Below are positions 11,542-24,116 of a stretch of 64,000 nt of DNA, in pieces. This DNA comes from Octopus bimaculoides (Eukaryota): positions 49,480,270 through 49,544,269 of the forward strand of contig NC_068996.1 in assembly GCF_001194135.2 (NCBI RefSeq), in the 5' to 3' direction. The notes below the pieces were generated by a model. The model saw only the letters and a program-made list of their open reading frames with translations. It was not told the origin of the DNA and did not search any database. A program made the translations under genes and the position numbers. Position 1 is the first letter of the stretch. Every line of letters starts with the position of its first letter.

Positions 11542-12452
11542 CGATAGGCTTCTTTCAATTTCCGTCTACCAAACCCACTTGGCCTGAGGCTATAGTAGAA
11601 GACACTTGACAAGGTGCCACACAATGCGACTGAACCTGGAACCATGTTGTCGGTAAGCAAGCTACTTACCACACAGCCACTCCTGATATATATATATTTT
11701 TTATCTTTTCTTTTGTCTGGACTGCCCATGCTGGGACATTTGTCTTGAAGATTTTTAATGAAACTTACCATAGTAGTTAGTTTATTGGTGTTTTTTTCTT
11801 TTCTTTTTAAAGTCTGGTGCTTATTTCATTGGTCTCTCATTGTTCTACTTAGTTACAAGGATGTAAACAAACCAACACCAGCTGTCAAGCATGGGAGTAG
11901 TTTGACAAAGCAACAAACACACACACATATATATATATACACACACAATAGGCTTCCACACAGTTTGTCTTCCAAATTCATTCACAAGACATTGGCAACC
12001 ATCTTTGTTCTAAAGGGTTAATGAAACCAGTGTGAACCCTAGAATATAACCAAAATGCATATCATATAGTATTCTTGTTGGAAGCATTCTAATGAACCAC
12101 TTGAAGCCTGGCTTAAGAATGATTCTTGTAAATTTTTGTCTCATCATACGGTTGACACTGATGGAAACAGATTTTTTTTCTACCTCAGCTTTGTCGTAAT
12201 GAATCTGATAATACATGTGTAATATAAACGCATGTTTGTGTGCTTGTATTTATTTTCTATGAAGTTGTCTTTCTACTGTCATGGTAACAAATTAAGTGAA
12301 ACAGATAATCGTTAACAGTTAAGTCCTATCTCCCTGCTTTATTATCTCACATTGACATAAATATATTTATTGCAATCAGAGCTCCATTGCTCTCGACCGT
12401 TTCATCTCAGACGAACAATACATGTCGTACCATTTGTCTGTGTGTCATACTG

Positions 12453-12456
<4 letters not shown>

Positions 12457-12502
<46 letters not shown>

Positions 12503-12515
12503 AGGGAGAGAGAGA
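12457..12515. repeat. (AG)n microsatellite
   Basis: Direct reading. Confidence 0.9.
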
Positions 12516-13089
12516 GGTTCATTAACTCCTGTCAAACCATCTGACTTCCGCCTGCTGATATAGAAAATAGTAATCAAATGATGATGATGATGACAAAATT
12601 ATATTGATAAATTCTTTGTTCCATATTCAGTTCCACAGTATGGCACTTTAAGCAAGTGTCTTCTACTATAGCCCTGCCCAACTGAAGTCTTGTGATTGAA
12701 TTTGATAGATGGAAACTGAAAGAAGCCTGTCATATGAGGAGGTCCTGAAAAGTTCCTGGCTTTAACAGTATGGTGAAAGGTCGAGTTGGAGGCTCAACCT
12801 TCCAAGTTCTTTTACTGGGCTTAAAAAAACTGAAGAACCGCTGTAATAAGTGTGTGAATCTGAGAGGGGAATATGTTAGATAAAATCATAATTAACTGGT
12901 CCTTTTGTATTTTCTTTTACCTAAAGCCAGGAACTTTTCAGTACCTCTTATATATGTGTGTGTGTGTGTATGCGTCTGTCCCCTATCAATGCTTGACAAC
13001 TGGTGTTGGTTTGTTTACATTCCTGTAACTTAGCGATTTGGCAAAACAGAGATTAAACACCAGATTTTTTTTTAAAGCCTAAGTACCTT

Positions 13090-13900
13090 CGAGACAGTGC
13101 CCCAGCATGACCACAATCAAACGATTGAAACAAGTAAAAGATAAAAGATATACTGGGATTGATTTGTTCAACTAAAACCCTTCAAGGTGGTGCCCCAGCA
13201 TGGCCACAGTGCAATGACTGAAACAAGTAAAAGATATATTGGGATTGAATTGTTCAANNNNNNNNNNNNNNNNNNNNNNNNNNNNNNNNNNNNNNNNNNN
13301 NNNNNNNNNNNNNNNNNNNNNNNNNNNNNNNNNNNNNNNNNNNNNNNNNNNNNNNNNNNNNNNNNNNNNNNNNNNNNNNNNNNNNNNNNNNNNNNNNNNN
13401 NNNNNNNNNNNNNNNNNNNNNNNNNNNNNNNNNNNNNNNNNNNNNNNNNNNNNNNNNNNNNNNNNNNNNNNNNNNNNNNNNNNNNNNNNNNNNNNNNNNN
13501 NNNNNNNNNNNNNNNNNNNNNNNNNNNNNNNNNNNNNNNNNNNNNNNNNNNNNNNNNNNNNNNNNNNNNNNNNNNNNNNNNNNNNNNNNNNNNNNNNNNN
13601 NNNNNNNNNNNNNNNNNNNNNNNNNNNNNNNNNNNNNNNNNNNNNNNNNNNNNNNNNNNNNNNNNNNNNNNNNNNNNNNNNNNNNNNNNNNNNNNNNNNN
13701 NNNNNNNNNNNNNNNNNNNNNNNNNNNNNNNNNNNNNNNNNNNNNNNNNNNNNNNNNNNNNNNNNNNNNNNNNNNNNNNNCGATTGAAACAAGTAAAAGA
13801 TAAAAGATATACTGGGATTGATTTGTTCAACTAAAACCCTTCAAGGTGGTGCCCCAGCATGGCCACAGTCCAATGACTGAAATGATAAAAGATTGAAGAT
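13090..13900 (+). repeat. Minisatellite of 86-93 bp units derived from the SINE-A 3' tail, spanning a gap
   Basis: Unit gatatactgggattgatttgttcaactaaaacccttcaaggtggtgccccagcatggccacagt.caatga.tgaaacaagtaaaa on both sides of gap 13258-13780. Confidence 0.75.
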
Positions 13901-14438
13901 ATTTTCACAATTAATTTGTTACCATATCTCTCTCTTCGACAGAGATATGGTAACAAAAAGCAGTTAAACCAATACAGAAGTTCCTTTTTTTTATTTTTAT
14001 TTTCTTTTATTTTCTTTCTAAATTTTCTTAACAGAAGACTATGTTTCCACGATATAATTTTCTTTTCTTCTGAGAAACAAAGTTAGTTGAATGACAGAAC
14101 CCCATAGGAACAACGTAAATTACAAAATCAATCAAGTTCTGAAATGAACATGTATTGTATTGATTTGTATATGACTGAATTAGGCTGTGGTGGTGGTGGT
14201 GGTGGTGGTGGAGGAGGGGAGTGAGTGGAGGAATAAAGGTTGAACCAAGTGTTGGCTTGAAGTTTGTGATGATGCCAGCAATTCCAGTGTAACAGAAGAT
14301 ACCAAAGTAATGCCAGAGAGTAAATAAAAACAATGAGGTTAATTATATATTTTCTTTATATAATGTGTGTGTGCGTGTGTAGTGACTGCTTTTTTGTATA
14401 ACAGCAGAACCATTGCTAGAAAGAATCATTCAAATGAG

Positions 14439-14642
14439 TTATTGATAATGCATTGTATGACTCTTGAGTCCGGTCAAAGATTTACACATTCTATTGCATA
14501 ATGCACGACAGTGCTGGCTGGCAGAGGGAACAGGTACCATAGTATGAATTCTTTTGACATGCTTTTTCAATCCTCCAGCTGAGAGGCACATCTTTCCACA
14601 TATTGCACATGTTCTGTTGTCAACAATAGCCAAATCACAATT
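14439..14642 (-). pseudogene. Fragment encoding two C2H2-type zinc fingers, probably the C-terminus of an RTE/BovB-type LINE ORF
   Basis: CAICGKMCLSAGGLKKHVKRIH and CRALCNRMCKSLTGLKSHTMH then stop; no TGEKPY linker; upstream is microsatellite and an RTE tail. Confidence 0.5.
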
Positions 14643-14729
14643 TACACACACGCAAACACACATAAATACACATACACACATGCATATATACACACTTATG
14701 CACGTGTGTGTGTATGCGTGTTTATATAT

Positions 14730-16009
14730 ATCATCATCATCCTTGTCATCGTTTAACGTCCGCTTTCCATGTTGGCATGGGTTGGATGGATTGACTGAGG
14801 ACTGGTGAGCCAGATTGGCTGCACCAGGCTCCAATCTGATCTGGCAGTTTCTACAGCTGGGTGCTTTTATGTGCCACCGGCACAAAGGCCAGTCAGGCAG
14901 TACTGGCAATGGCCACGCTCAAATGGTGTTTTTTGCGTGCTACCTGCACAAGAGCCAGTCCAGCAATGACTGGCAACGACCTTACTCGAATGTTTTGTTC
15001 ACGTGCCACCAGCACAAGTGCCAGTAAGGCGACACTGGTAACAATCACGCTCGAATGGTGCTTTTTATGTGCCACCAGCACGGGAGCCAGTCAGCAGCCC
15101 TTGCAACGATCACGCTTGGATGGTGCCCTTAGTGCTCCTCTAGCACAGATGCCAGTCATGCAGTGCTATCATCAAATTTGATTTCGATTTCACTTGCCTG
15201 AATAGGTCTTCTCAAGCAGAGTTTAGTGTCAAATGAAGGAAAGTGGGATGGTTACACCCACTGGCATAGGCCACAGGTTATGGTCTCACTTGGCATGCCG
15301 GGTCTTCTCAAGCACAGCATATTTCCAAAGGTCTCAGTCACTAGTCATTACCTTGGTGAGGCCTAATGTTCGAAGGTCATGATTCACCACCTCATCCCAT
15401 GTCTTCCTGGGTCTACCTCTTCCACAAGTTCCCTCTACTGCTAGGGCGTGACACTTTTTCACACAGCTATCCTCATCTATTCTCACCACATGACCATACC
15501 AGTGCAGTCGTCTCTCCTGCACACCACAACTGATGCTTCTTAGGTCCAACTTTTCTTTCAAGGTACTTACACTGTCAAGTATGCACACTGACATTACTCA
15601 TCCATCGGTGCATACTGGCNNNNNNNNNNTGCTTCTTAGGTCCAACTTTTCTTTCAAGGTACTTACACTGTCAAGTATGCACACTGACATTACTCATCCA
15701 TCGGTGCATACTGGCTTCATTCCTTGCAAGCTTACACATGTCCTCAGCAGTCACGGCCCATGTTTCACTGCCATGTAGCATGGCTGTTCGCACATATGCA
15801 TCGTATAATCTACCTTTTACTCTGAGTGAGAGGCCCTTTATCACCAGCAGAGGTAAGTGCTCTCTAAACTTTGCCCAGGCTATTCTTATTCTAGCAGCTA
15901 CACTTTCAGAGCACCCACCCCTGCTACTGACTTGGTCACCTAGGTAACAGAAGCTATCAACTACTTCTAGTTTTTCTCCCTGGAATGTGACAGAAGTTGT
16001 TCTCTGCAC
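14730..16009 (-). mobile_element. RTE-clade LINE, 5'-truncated: RT C-terminus, long 3'UTR, (GAT)n tail
   Basis: EVVDSFCYLGDQVSSRGGCSESVAARIRIAWAKFRE..KGRLYDAYVRTAMLHGSETW and RRLHWYGHVVR..GRGRPRKTWDEVV are RTE RT/thumb motifs; stop near 15285 followed by subrepeat UTR. Confidence 0.93.
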
Positions 16010-16481
16010 ATTTTCAGTGTTTATTGCTCCTGAACATCAGTCACATACAAAAACTGACTTCCTAGTTAACCTGCCTTTGATATTGCTGCACCTCTTATGT
16101 GTCCATAGCTTACACTGGATACATCTTATAGAGTTTCTACCTATGCCTTTTCAATAGATCGAGCAGGGCCATCTACCTGAAGGGGTTTGTGGTTTGTTTG
16201 CCTTCCTACTTATTAAGACTTTGCTTATAGCTAAGTTGACTCTAAGGCCCTTCAATTCTAATCCTTGCTTCCACTTATATTTTATGAATATTTTTTTTAA
16301 TATTCATATGTGTCAATATGTATTAATATATGCATACACATTTTAAGTCAAAATTATAAATGTATGAGTATGGTTGCCTAATTTGAGTTTATATCTTAAT
16401 TACCATATATATATATATTATGGAGATGTAGTTGCATAGCAAGTGACCTGATCTAAGATCATGTGCTGGAACGAAAATAAT

Positions 16482-16767
16482 TTGCAGCGTGGAAGGTGTT
16501 TATAAGCCATTTAAGAAACACACAAAAAACATTAGATTCACTTGAACATTTAAATTTAATTTGCCAAAATATTTTCGTCGCTTTGAGACCGCGACCTGTT
16601 CACTGACAAAATTCCGTGCTGCAGTACAGCATGGAATTTTGTCAGTGAACAGGTCGCGGTCTTAAAGCGATAAAAATATTTTGGCAAATAAAATTTAAAT
16701 GTTCAAGTGAATCTAACGGTTTTTGTGTGTTATTTTTAATGGCTTATAAACACCTTCCACACTGCAA
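16482..16767. repeat. Near-perfect palindrome, ~140-bp arms (16482-16621 / 16627-16767), 5-nt loop; element extends to ~16421
   Basis: ttgcagcgtggaaggtgtttataagccatt...gtgctg|cagta|cagcatg...aatggcttataaacaccttccacactgcaa; flanked by (TA)n. Confidence 0.93.
16560..16610 (-). ncRNA. Variant minimal hammerhead ribozyme (G3-C8 swap, extra G after A9)
   Basis: UUUGUCA-GUGAACA-G-GUCGC(GGUCUCAAA)GCGAC-GAAA-AUAUU-U^UGGCAAA; stem I 7 bp, stem II 5 bp, palindromic stem III AAUAUU. Mirror copy 16638-16688 (+) has CG>TA at positions 11.1/G12. Confidence 0.65.
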
Positions 16768-17720
16768 TTGTTTATATATATAGCAATNNNNNNNNNNNNN
16801 NNNNNNNNNNNNNNNNNNNNNNNNNNNNNNNNNNNNNNNNNNNNNNNNNNNNNNNNNNNNNNNNNNNNNNNNNNNNNNNNNNNNNNNNNNNNNNNNNNNN
16901 NNNNNNNNNNNNNNNNNNNNNNNNNNNNNNNNNNNNNNNNNNNNNNNNNNNNNNNNNNNNNNNNNNNNNNNNNNNNNNNNNNNNNNNNNNNNNNNNNNNN
17001 NNNNNNNNNNNNNNNNNNNNNNNNNNNNNNNNNNNNNNNNNNNNNNNNNNNNNNNNNNNNNNNNNNNNNNNNNNNNNNNNNNNNNNNNNNNNNNNNNNNN
17101 NNNNNNNNNNNNNNNNNNNNNNNNNNNNNNNNNNNNNNNNNNNNNNNNNNNNNNNNNNNNNNNNNNNNNNNNNNNNNNNNNNNNNNNNNNNNNNNNNNNN
17201 NNNNNNNNNNNNNNNNNNNNNNNNNNNNNNNNNNNNNNNNNNNNNNNNNNNNNNNNNNNNNNNNNNNNNNNNNNNNNNNNNNNNNNNNNNNNNNNNNNNN
17301 NNNNNNNNNNNNNNNNNNNNNNNNNNNNNNNNNNNNNNNNNNNNNNNNNNNNNNNNNNNNNNNNNNNNNNNNNNNNNNNNNNNNNNNNNNNNNNNNNNNN
17401 NNNNNNNNNNNNNNNNNNNNNNNNNNNNNNNNNNNNNNNNNNNNNNNNNNNNNNNNNNNNNNNNNNNNNNNNNNNNNNNNNNNNNNNNNNNNNNNNNNNN
17501 NNNNNNNNNNNNNNNNNNNNNNNNNNNNNNNNNNNNNNNNNNNNNNNNNNNNNNNNNNAGCATGAAACGTGCGTACTGCAATCACCTTTAAAATCCATGT
17601 TGCTTATTTTGAATTTTTGATCACCTAGTTTTTTGGAATGGTTTTTGTATAATACCATAATACTATATTCTGGTGCCTAAACATAAGTACCATATTCAAT
17701 CTTGAATCTAAATCTAAACC

Positions 17721-17789
<69 letters not shown>

Positions 17790-18236
17790 TTTGTATATCT
17801 TCTGATAATTATATCGTTAGAGTACCTCTGTGTTAGCAAGTGTATGCATGTTGTGTTTGTATGTTACAGAAGGATGAGCAACCGTTGTATTTGTGAACCT
17901 AGTTACTGTTATTGTCACAGCTACTGAACAATGCTCAATTCACATGTGTTGTCATGTGGTTGGTTAAACGCCAACACACAGCATTAAACAAGACAACTGC
18001 CTCACTGAATGAATCTCTCTCTCTCTCCCTCCCTCTTTCCCTCTCGCTTTCTATTTTCTTCTGTTGTTGAATGAATGTAAATTTGATATTCTTATCTCAC
18101 AATAATATCAAATTGACTTTCTGGCCGTGTAAATAGAATTGTGTAAAAATAAGTTGGGACTGTGATCTACTTTTGACTTCTGGGTCAAAAGAAAGACGTG
18201 AACACAGCATTCGTCTTCCTGTGTAAATAAGTGCGG

Positions 18237-18280
<44 letters not shown>

Positions 18281-18459
18281 GTGCGTTACCTGTGTAAACC
18301 TTGTCTTACATTTTTTCTACCTGTTTCACTCATGATGGAATATCAATTTGAAGGATTTAGTTAAATAAACTGACTCTAGTTACTTTATTTATTTAAGTCT
18401 CGTACTTATTATACCAGTTTCTTTTGCTGAAATCATTACATTTCAGGGACGTAAGCAAA

Positions 18460-18677
18460 CCAACTCTGGCAGAAACGTTAGCACGCCGGGCGAAATGCTT
18501 AGCGGTATTTCGTCTGTCTTTATGTTCTGAGTTCAAATTCCGCCGAGGTCGACTTTGCCTTTCATCTTTTCGGGGTCGATAAATTAAGTACCAGTTATGC
18601 ACTAGGGACAATGTAATCGACTTAATCCCTTTGTCTGTCCTTGTTTAGCCCCTTGTGGGCAATAAAGAAATAAGAAA
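18460..18677 (+). mobile_element. SINE family B, near full length
   Basis: ctggcagaaacgttagcacgccgggcgaaatgcttagcggtatttcg..gagttcaaattccgccgaggtcgactttgcctttcatc; tail gccccttgtgggcaataaagaaat. Confidence 0.85.
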
Positions 18678-20551
18678 CACCATCGCTTGACAACTGGTGT
18701 TAGTGTGTTTGCATCCCCATAACCTAGCAGTTCAGCAAAAGAAACTGATAGAATAAGTACTAGGCCGAACACCAGCTTAATAACAGCAGTTATTTTACTA
18801 AATTCCTCATTTTTTTTTACTAAATTCTTCATTATTTTCACGACTAATTGAAACAAAGGTTGTGTATTCCAACACAAACACAGTTTGCTTAACAAAAAAC
18901 CCTTCAAGGCAGTGCCCCCGCATGGCCGCAGTCTAATAACTAAAAGATAGAAGATAAAGTTGGGGCCGTATTGTATTGTTTTCTGAGGGTCGCACTGGTT
19001 CTGTTTCATTTTGTTTTAATACTATTAGTCAACTAGTTAACTATCATATTGGATGACACCGTATTTTTTTTTTGTTTCTTTTTTAAATGTCTCAAAAAAA
19101 TCTTCAATACATTGAAAATCATGTTCAAAATTATAGCTATGTAATATTCAAAGTCACAGCTATGTTAAATGCTATAAATGCACTGAAACCATTTTTCTCT
19201 TGAATTGGGCTGCATCTAATATGCATATGAGTCTTTTGTGCCATTCAGATATGGTAATGGTAATTAATCAATTGCTTGATTAGTCATTTGATCCATCAAT
19301 CACTTAGTTGATTGATCTAGTGATAAGTCAAACACTTGTTTAAAAAAGGTTGGGGGGACACACACACACGCGTATATGACGTGATTCTTTCAGTTTCCGT
19401 CTAGCAAACCCACTCAAAAGGCTTTGGTCAGCCCTGGGCTACAGTAGAAGACACTTGCTTAAGATACCACACAGTGGGACTGAACACAAGATCATGTGGT
19501 TGGGAAGCAAATTTCTTAACTACACAACCACTCCTGCGTCCATAAATGCTTTGTTTGAAAAAAAAAAACGAAAGTGTATAAAAGAAATACAACTGCACAA
19601 TGATAAAACAAATTGTTGATGTTTTCCTTCTCTTTTGCAATAAAAGAGATAATATTTAATTTAATTATTAATAATGGATAATACAAACTGGATTAGAAAT
19701 ACTACCCTTATATAAAAGGCCAGTCTTCGGGTACATCTGCGTACTTCTAAATAATAAATTGTTCAAGGGAAATAACTACGTGCTTCCTAAATCGAGAAGT
19801 TTTCAGTACAATTGTTATTTCATACCAAATTATATTTGAAATATCCTATTTGCACTGTTTGAGCAAGGATTCGTATAAAAATTACCAATTTTGTAAAGCT
19901 TAGAGCTTTAGCTTTGGTTGTATGCGTGTAGATTCTGCCAGCTCGCTTCCTTAATAATAATAGTGATAATAATAAAAGAATACAGGAGTCATTTCAACTT
20001 AACAATAGAGTAGTTTTAGGGATAATTAACAATTATTTAAATATTACATTAACTAGCTGTCTCTTGTGTACTTGCCAAAATACTTGAAAAGATATTTAGT
20101 CATTTTGTTATTATTATTTTTTTTTGTATGTGTGTGTGTGTGTATTTTGTCTTTTCCTCTCTATTCAATAATTTCTAATTATTTTTCAATACTGTTTCGT
20201 TTTTGTATTTTGCTTAAGATGTTTGTTGTGAACTCGAGTGTTGAAACAAACTTTGCTGTGTCTTGGGAGGGTCATTATGCCAATGATAAATACATGCACT
20301 GGTTGCATATTACTTTATATTTTATTTGTCATTTGATTAATTAACCAATTAACTCAGATGTCACTGAGTTCCATTTTTTATCATCATCATCATCATCATC
20401 ATTATTATATTTCACATTCTAGGGTCCAAATGCTACCAAGGTCGACTTTGATTTTCATCCTAAATAAGTACCAGTTGAGTACTGGGGATCAATGGAATCG
20501 ACTTATCCCGTACCCACCAAAATTTCAGGCCTTGTGTCTAAAGAAGAAAGG

Positions 20552-20600
<49 letters not shown>

Positions 20601-20891
20601 GCGCCATTTAGTCCGTCCATATGTTCTGAGCTCAACTTCCGCTGAAGTCGACTTTGCCTTTCATCCCATCAGGGTCGATAAAATAAGTACCAGTGAAACA
20701 CTGGAGTTGATGTAATCGACTAGTCCCCTCCCCACAAAATTTCAGGCCTTGTGTCTTTAGTAAAAGGATTATTATTATTATTTAAACATAGACATGTGGC
20801 TGAGAAGCTGTTTTCATCCACAAATATGTGTAACCGTGTGTGTGTACAGGGGTGTGGGCCTCACAGCTTGACAATCGATATTGGTTTGTTT

Positions 20892-21150
20892 ATCATCATC
20901 CGCTTTAACGTCCGCTTTCCATGCTGGCATGGGTTGGACGGTTTGACTGAGGACTGGCAAGGCGGGAGGCTGCACCAGACTCCAGTCTGATCAGGCAAGG
21001 TTTCTACAGCTGGATGCCCTTCCTAACGCCAACCACTCCGAGACTGCTTTTTACGTACCACTGGCATGGGGGCCAGTCAGGTAACACTGGCATCGATCAC
21101 ACACGAATGGTGCGTTTTACGTGCCACCGGAACGGGACCAGTCAGGTGGC
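20892..21150 (-). mobile_element. RTE LINE 3' end
   Basis: Same 3'UTR and tail as 14730-16009. Confidence 0.85.
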
Positions 21151-22268
21151 GTCTCTATAAATTCACAGTTAGACAAAAGGTATCCAAATAGATAAGCCCC
21201 AGACTTAAAATTAGTGTTGGTGTCCATTTTAACTTGATCTTTCCAAACAGTGCTACAACATGGCCACAACCCAGTGACTGAAACAAGTAAACAAATAAAA
21301 GAATCCANNNNNNNNNNNNNNNNNNNNNNNNNNNNNNNNNNNNNNNNNNNNNNNNNNNNNNNNNNNNNNNNNNNNNNNNNNNNNNNNNNNNNNNNNNNNN
21401 NNNNNNNNNNNNNNNNNNNNNNNNNNNNNNNNNNNNNNNNNNNNNNNNNNNNNNNNNNNNNNNNNNNNNNNNNNNNNNNNNNNNNNNNNNNNNNNNNNNN
21501 NNNNNNNNNNNNNNNNNNNNNNNNNNNNNNNNNNNNNNNNNNNNNNNNNNNNNNNNNNNNNNNNNNNNNNNNNNNNNNNNNNNNNNNNNNNNNNNNNNNN
21601 NNNNNNNNNNNNNNNNNNNNNNNNNNNNNNNNNNNNNNNNNNNNNNNNNNNNNNNNNNNNNNNNNNNNNNNNNNNNNNNNNNNNNNNNNNNNNNNNNNNN
21701 NNNNNNNNNNNNNNNNNNNNNNNNNNNNNNNNNNNNNNNNNNNNNNNNNNNNNNNNNNNNNNNNNNNNNNNNNNNNNNNNNNNNNGGGTTGATATAATCA
21801 ACTAGCCCCCTTCCCCCAAATTTTCAAGGCCTTGTGCCTAGAATAGAAATAATATTATTCGGAATCAAAAAAAAAAAATTGGCGAAACATTTTGTGGATT
21901 GTAGAATTATAACCAGTTTATTGCAGATAAATTTTATAAACCAAATCTTATATGGACCGCTAAGGGTCGCGTTGGACCTCAGATGAGACCTACTGCTCTA
22001 GCCCTTTGCTGCCTGCACCCTGCTCTGTTGGAAGAATTTAGACCAGGTCTCTGGCCTGAAGATAACTTTATTCTCATTCTCCCCACACACACACACTTTC
22101 AACTCCCTCCCTCCTACTACTCTTGATTTTTTAAAATAAATTTCTTTTAATTGCTTAAAAAAATTCTCAGTCACCAAGTAGTACTTTCCCTTTGACTGTG
22201 AGTCTTACTAAAGCATGGCATTTATGCCCAGTTGTGGCCAGAGATGGCTATTTATGGTAACTAGTTGA

Positions 22269-22750
22269 CAAGGAGTGGCTGTGTGGTAAGAAGTTTACTT
22301 CCCAACTACATGGTTCCGAGTTCAGCCCCACTGTGTGACACCTTCGGCAAGTGTCTACTACAATAGCATTGTGAGTGGATTTGGTACATAGAAACTGAAA
22401 GAAGCCCGTATGTGTGTGTTTTTGTGTATGTGTGTCTCTTTGTGTCTGTGTTTGTGTGTCTTTGAATATGTGTCTCTTTGTGTGTCTGTGTGTGTGTGTC
22501 TGTATTTGTGTATGTGTCTGTGTTTGTGTAAGTCTGTGTGTGTGTGTGTGTTCGAACCCAACTACCACTTGACAACCGGTGTTGGTGTGTTTACGTCCCC
22601 CGTAACTTAGTGGTTCAGTAACATACACTGATAGCATAAGTACTTGGCTTTAAAAAAATGTATTGGGGTCAATTCAATCAACTAAAATTCCTCAAAGCAG
22701 AGCTCCAGCATGGCCACAGTCAAATGACCGAAACAAGGAAAAAGATAGAT
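22269..22750 (+). mobile_element. SINE family A with expanded internal (TG)-rich microsatellite
   Basis: Head, CORE-like segment, ~150 bp of degenerate TG repeat, tail. Confidence 0.85.
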
Positions 22751-24116
22751 GAAAAAAAAAGAAGAGTTATATAGAGAAACAATAGGTGACCTGCGGTTTT
22801 ATGGTACTTGCATGTGTCCATACAATAATATAACATGCACGCCTGAAAACGTTAATAAGCCACACTTCATTGCATAATCTGTCGTGTGTGAACATCTTAT
22901 GTATCTCCTGTAGATCTGTAGTTTCTTCCAGCATAACAGGCACGGTGACTGCACACAAGCAGGGTGAATCACCTCTTGCTTTGCAGTCAGTAGTTAACTG
23001 AGCAGTTATCTAGATAAAAGAAAATAAATAGCACAAAAATATAAATTACGTCTCTTCCTCGCATCTGACAACACAAAACACATTTGAGGGTTTTTTTAAA
23101 AAAAAGGAGGCGGTGGGGAGAGAGTGACAAACACATTCAGTTAGTTACAAAGTGTATCACTAGCTGTCTTTGTGGTTTTGAAGTGCTACATCAAATTCGT
23201 GTGGTCGTTAAGCTAGCTTTGCAACATATGAATATACATGGTAAAGATTCATTCAATCATAATGCTAGCAGTTTGAAAAGAATGAAATATGGACAACATA
23301 TTAACTGACACAAATGAGAAGCTAGCTTATGTATAATATATGTATGCACTCGCGTGAATTAGTTAAACGTACTGTAACGATATTTAAACATTTTGATTGG
23401 TTATTACAGCCGGAATAGTTCAATTAATTATATACCAGAGTGTTTATAGACACAGACATGGGTATTGTTTTTCATTCCTTTTTGTGGGGTTATTTTTTGT
23501 TATTATTTTTTTTTTTTGTAAAAAAAAGACTAGACTTTGTTTTTATTGGCAACATATTTCACAGGATGAAAAGAAAGAAAAAAAACATTAGTATAAAACA
23601 AAATTACCAAGAAAAAACAACCCCCATAACTACCTCACCAAAGAAACAAACAAAAAAAAGAACAGGGTGGGGATTAAGCAACAGAAGATGAGGCGGGGGC
23701 AGGGAATAATGGATTGTACATCCCTAAATAAATGGCGTGTTTAGCCGTGTCTTGCAGACATGATTGCAAAGGTGTTACCATGAAAAATGGCCAGCAACAC
23801 TCTCTCCAGCAGTCATTCCACTTTGTGGAGCTTATTTCTCACACAGGCCATAGTTATCCTGATTTTGTGGAGGAAATCGGCAGTGCAGGGTCTGAGAACT
23901 TGACAATGACCAAACACAAACTGATTATGTTCTTGTATTTGTGTATTTTTCTCTCTTCTGCGTTACGAGCTGCAATACTTGACTTATATTTCAAAGAAAT
24001 TCCATAGCTTTCTCTCATCATACTTTTGTCTACTAAACTACTGTACTATTTTATAAACCCTATAATTCACAATGGATTCTTCCAGCAAGAGAAACATCAA
24101 TATAACAAAACTAATT

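Noticed and set aside
12385-12410. Minus-strand GAAA-CG-GUC-GAGAG half hammerhead
   Set aside because: 5' core and stem II are absent; too short to separate from chance.
14860-15180. CRISPR-like look of the ~70-bp repeats in RTE 3' ends
   Set aside because: Units are contiguous and degenerate with no unique spacers, the context is eukaryotic, and they belong to a LINE UTR.
15528-15716. Apparent ~90-bp tandem duplication inside the RTE ORF
   Set aside because: Identical copies on either side of a 10-N gap indicate an unmerged contig overlap. The same applies to 51918-52011.
22767-24007. ORFs 22767-22958 (-) and 23732-24007 (+) in a SINE-poor block
   Set aside because: No recognisable domain or convincing splice signals; may be UTR or non-coding.
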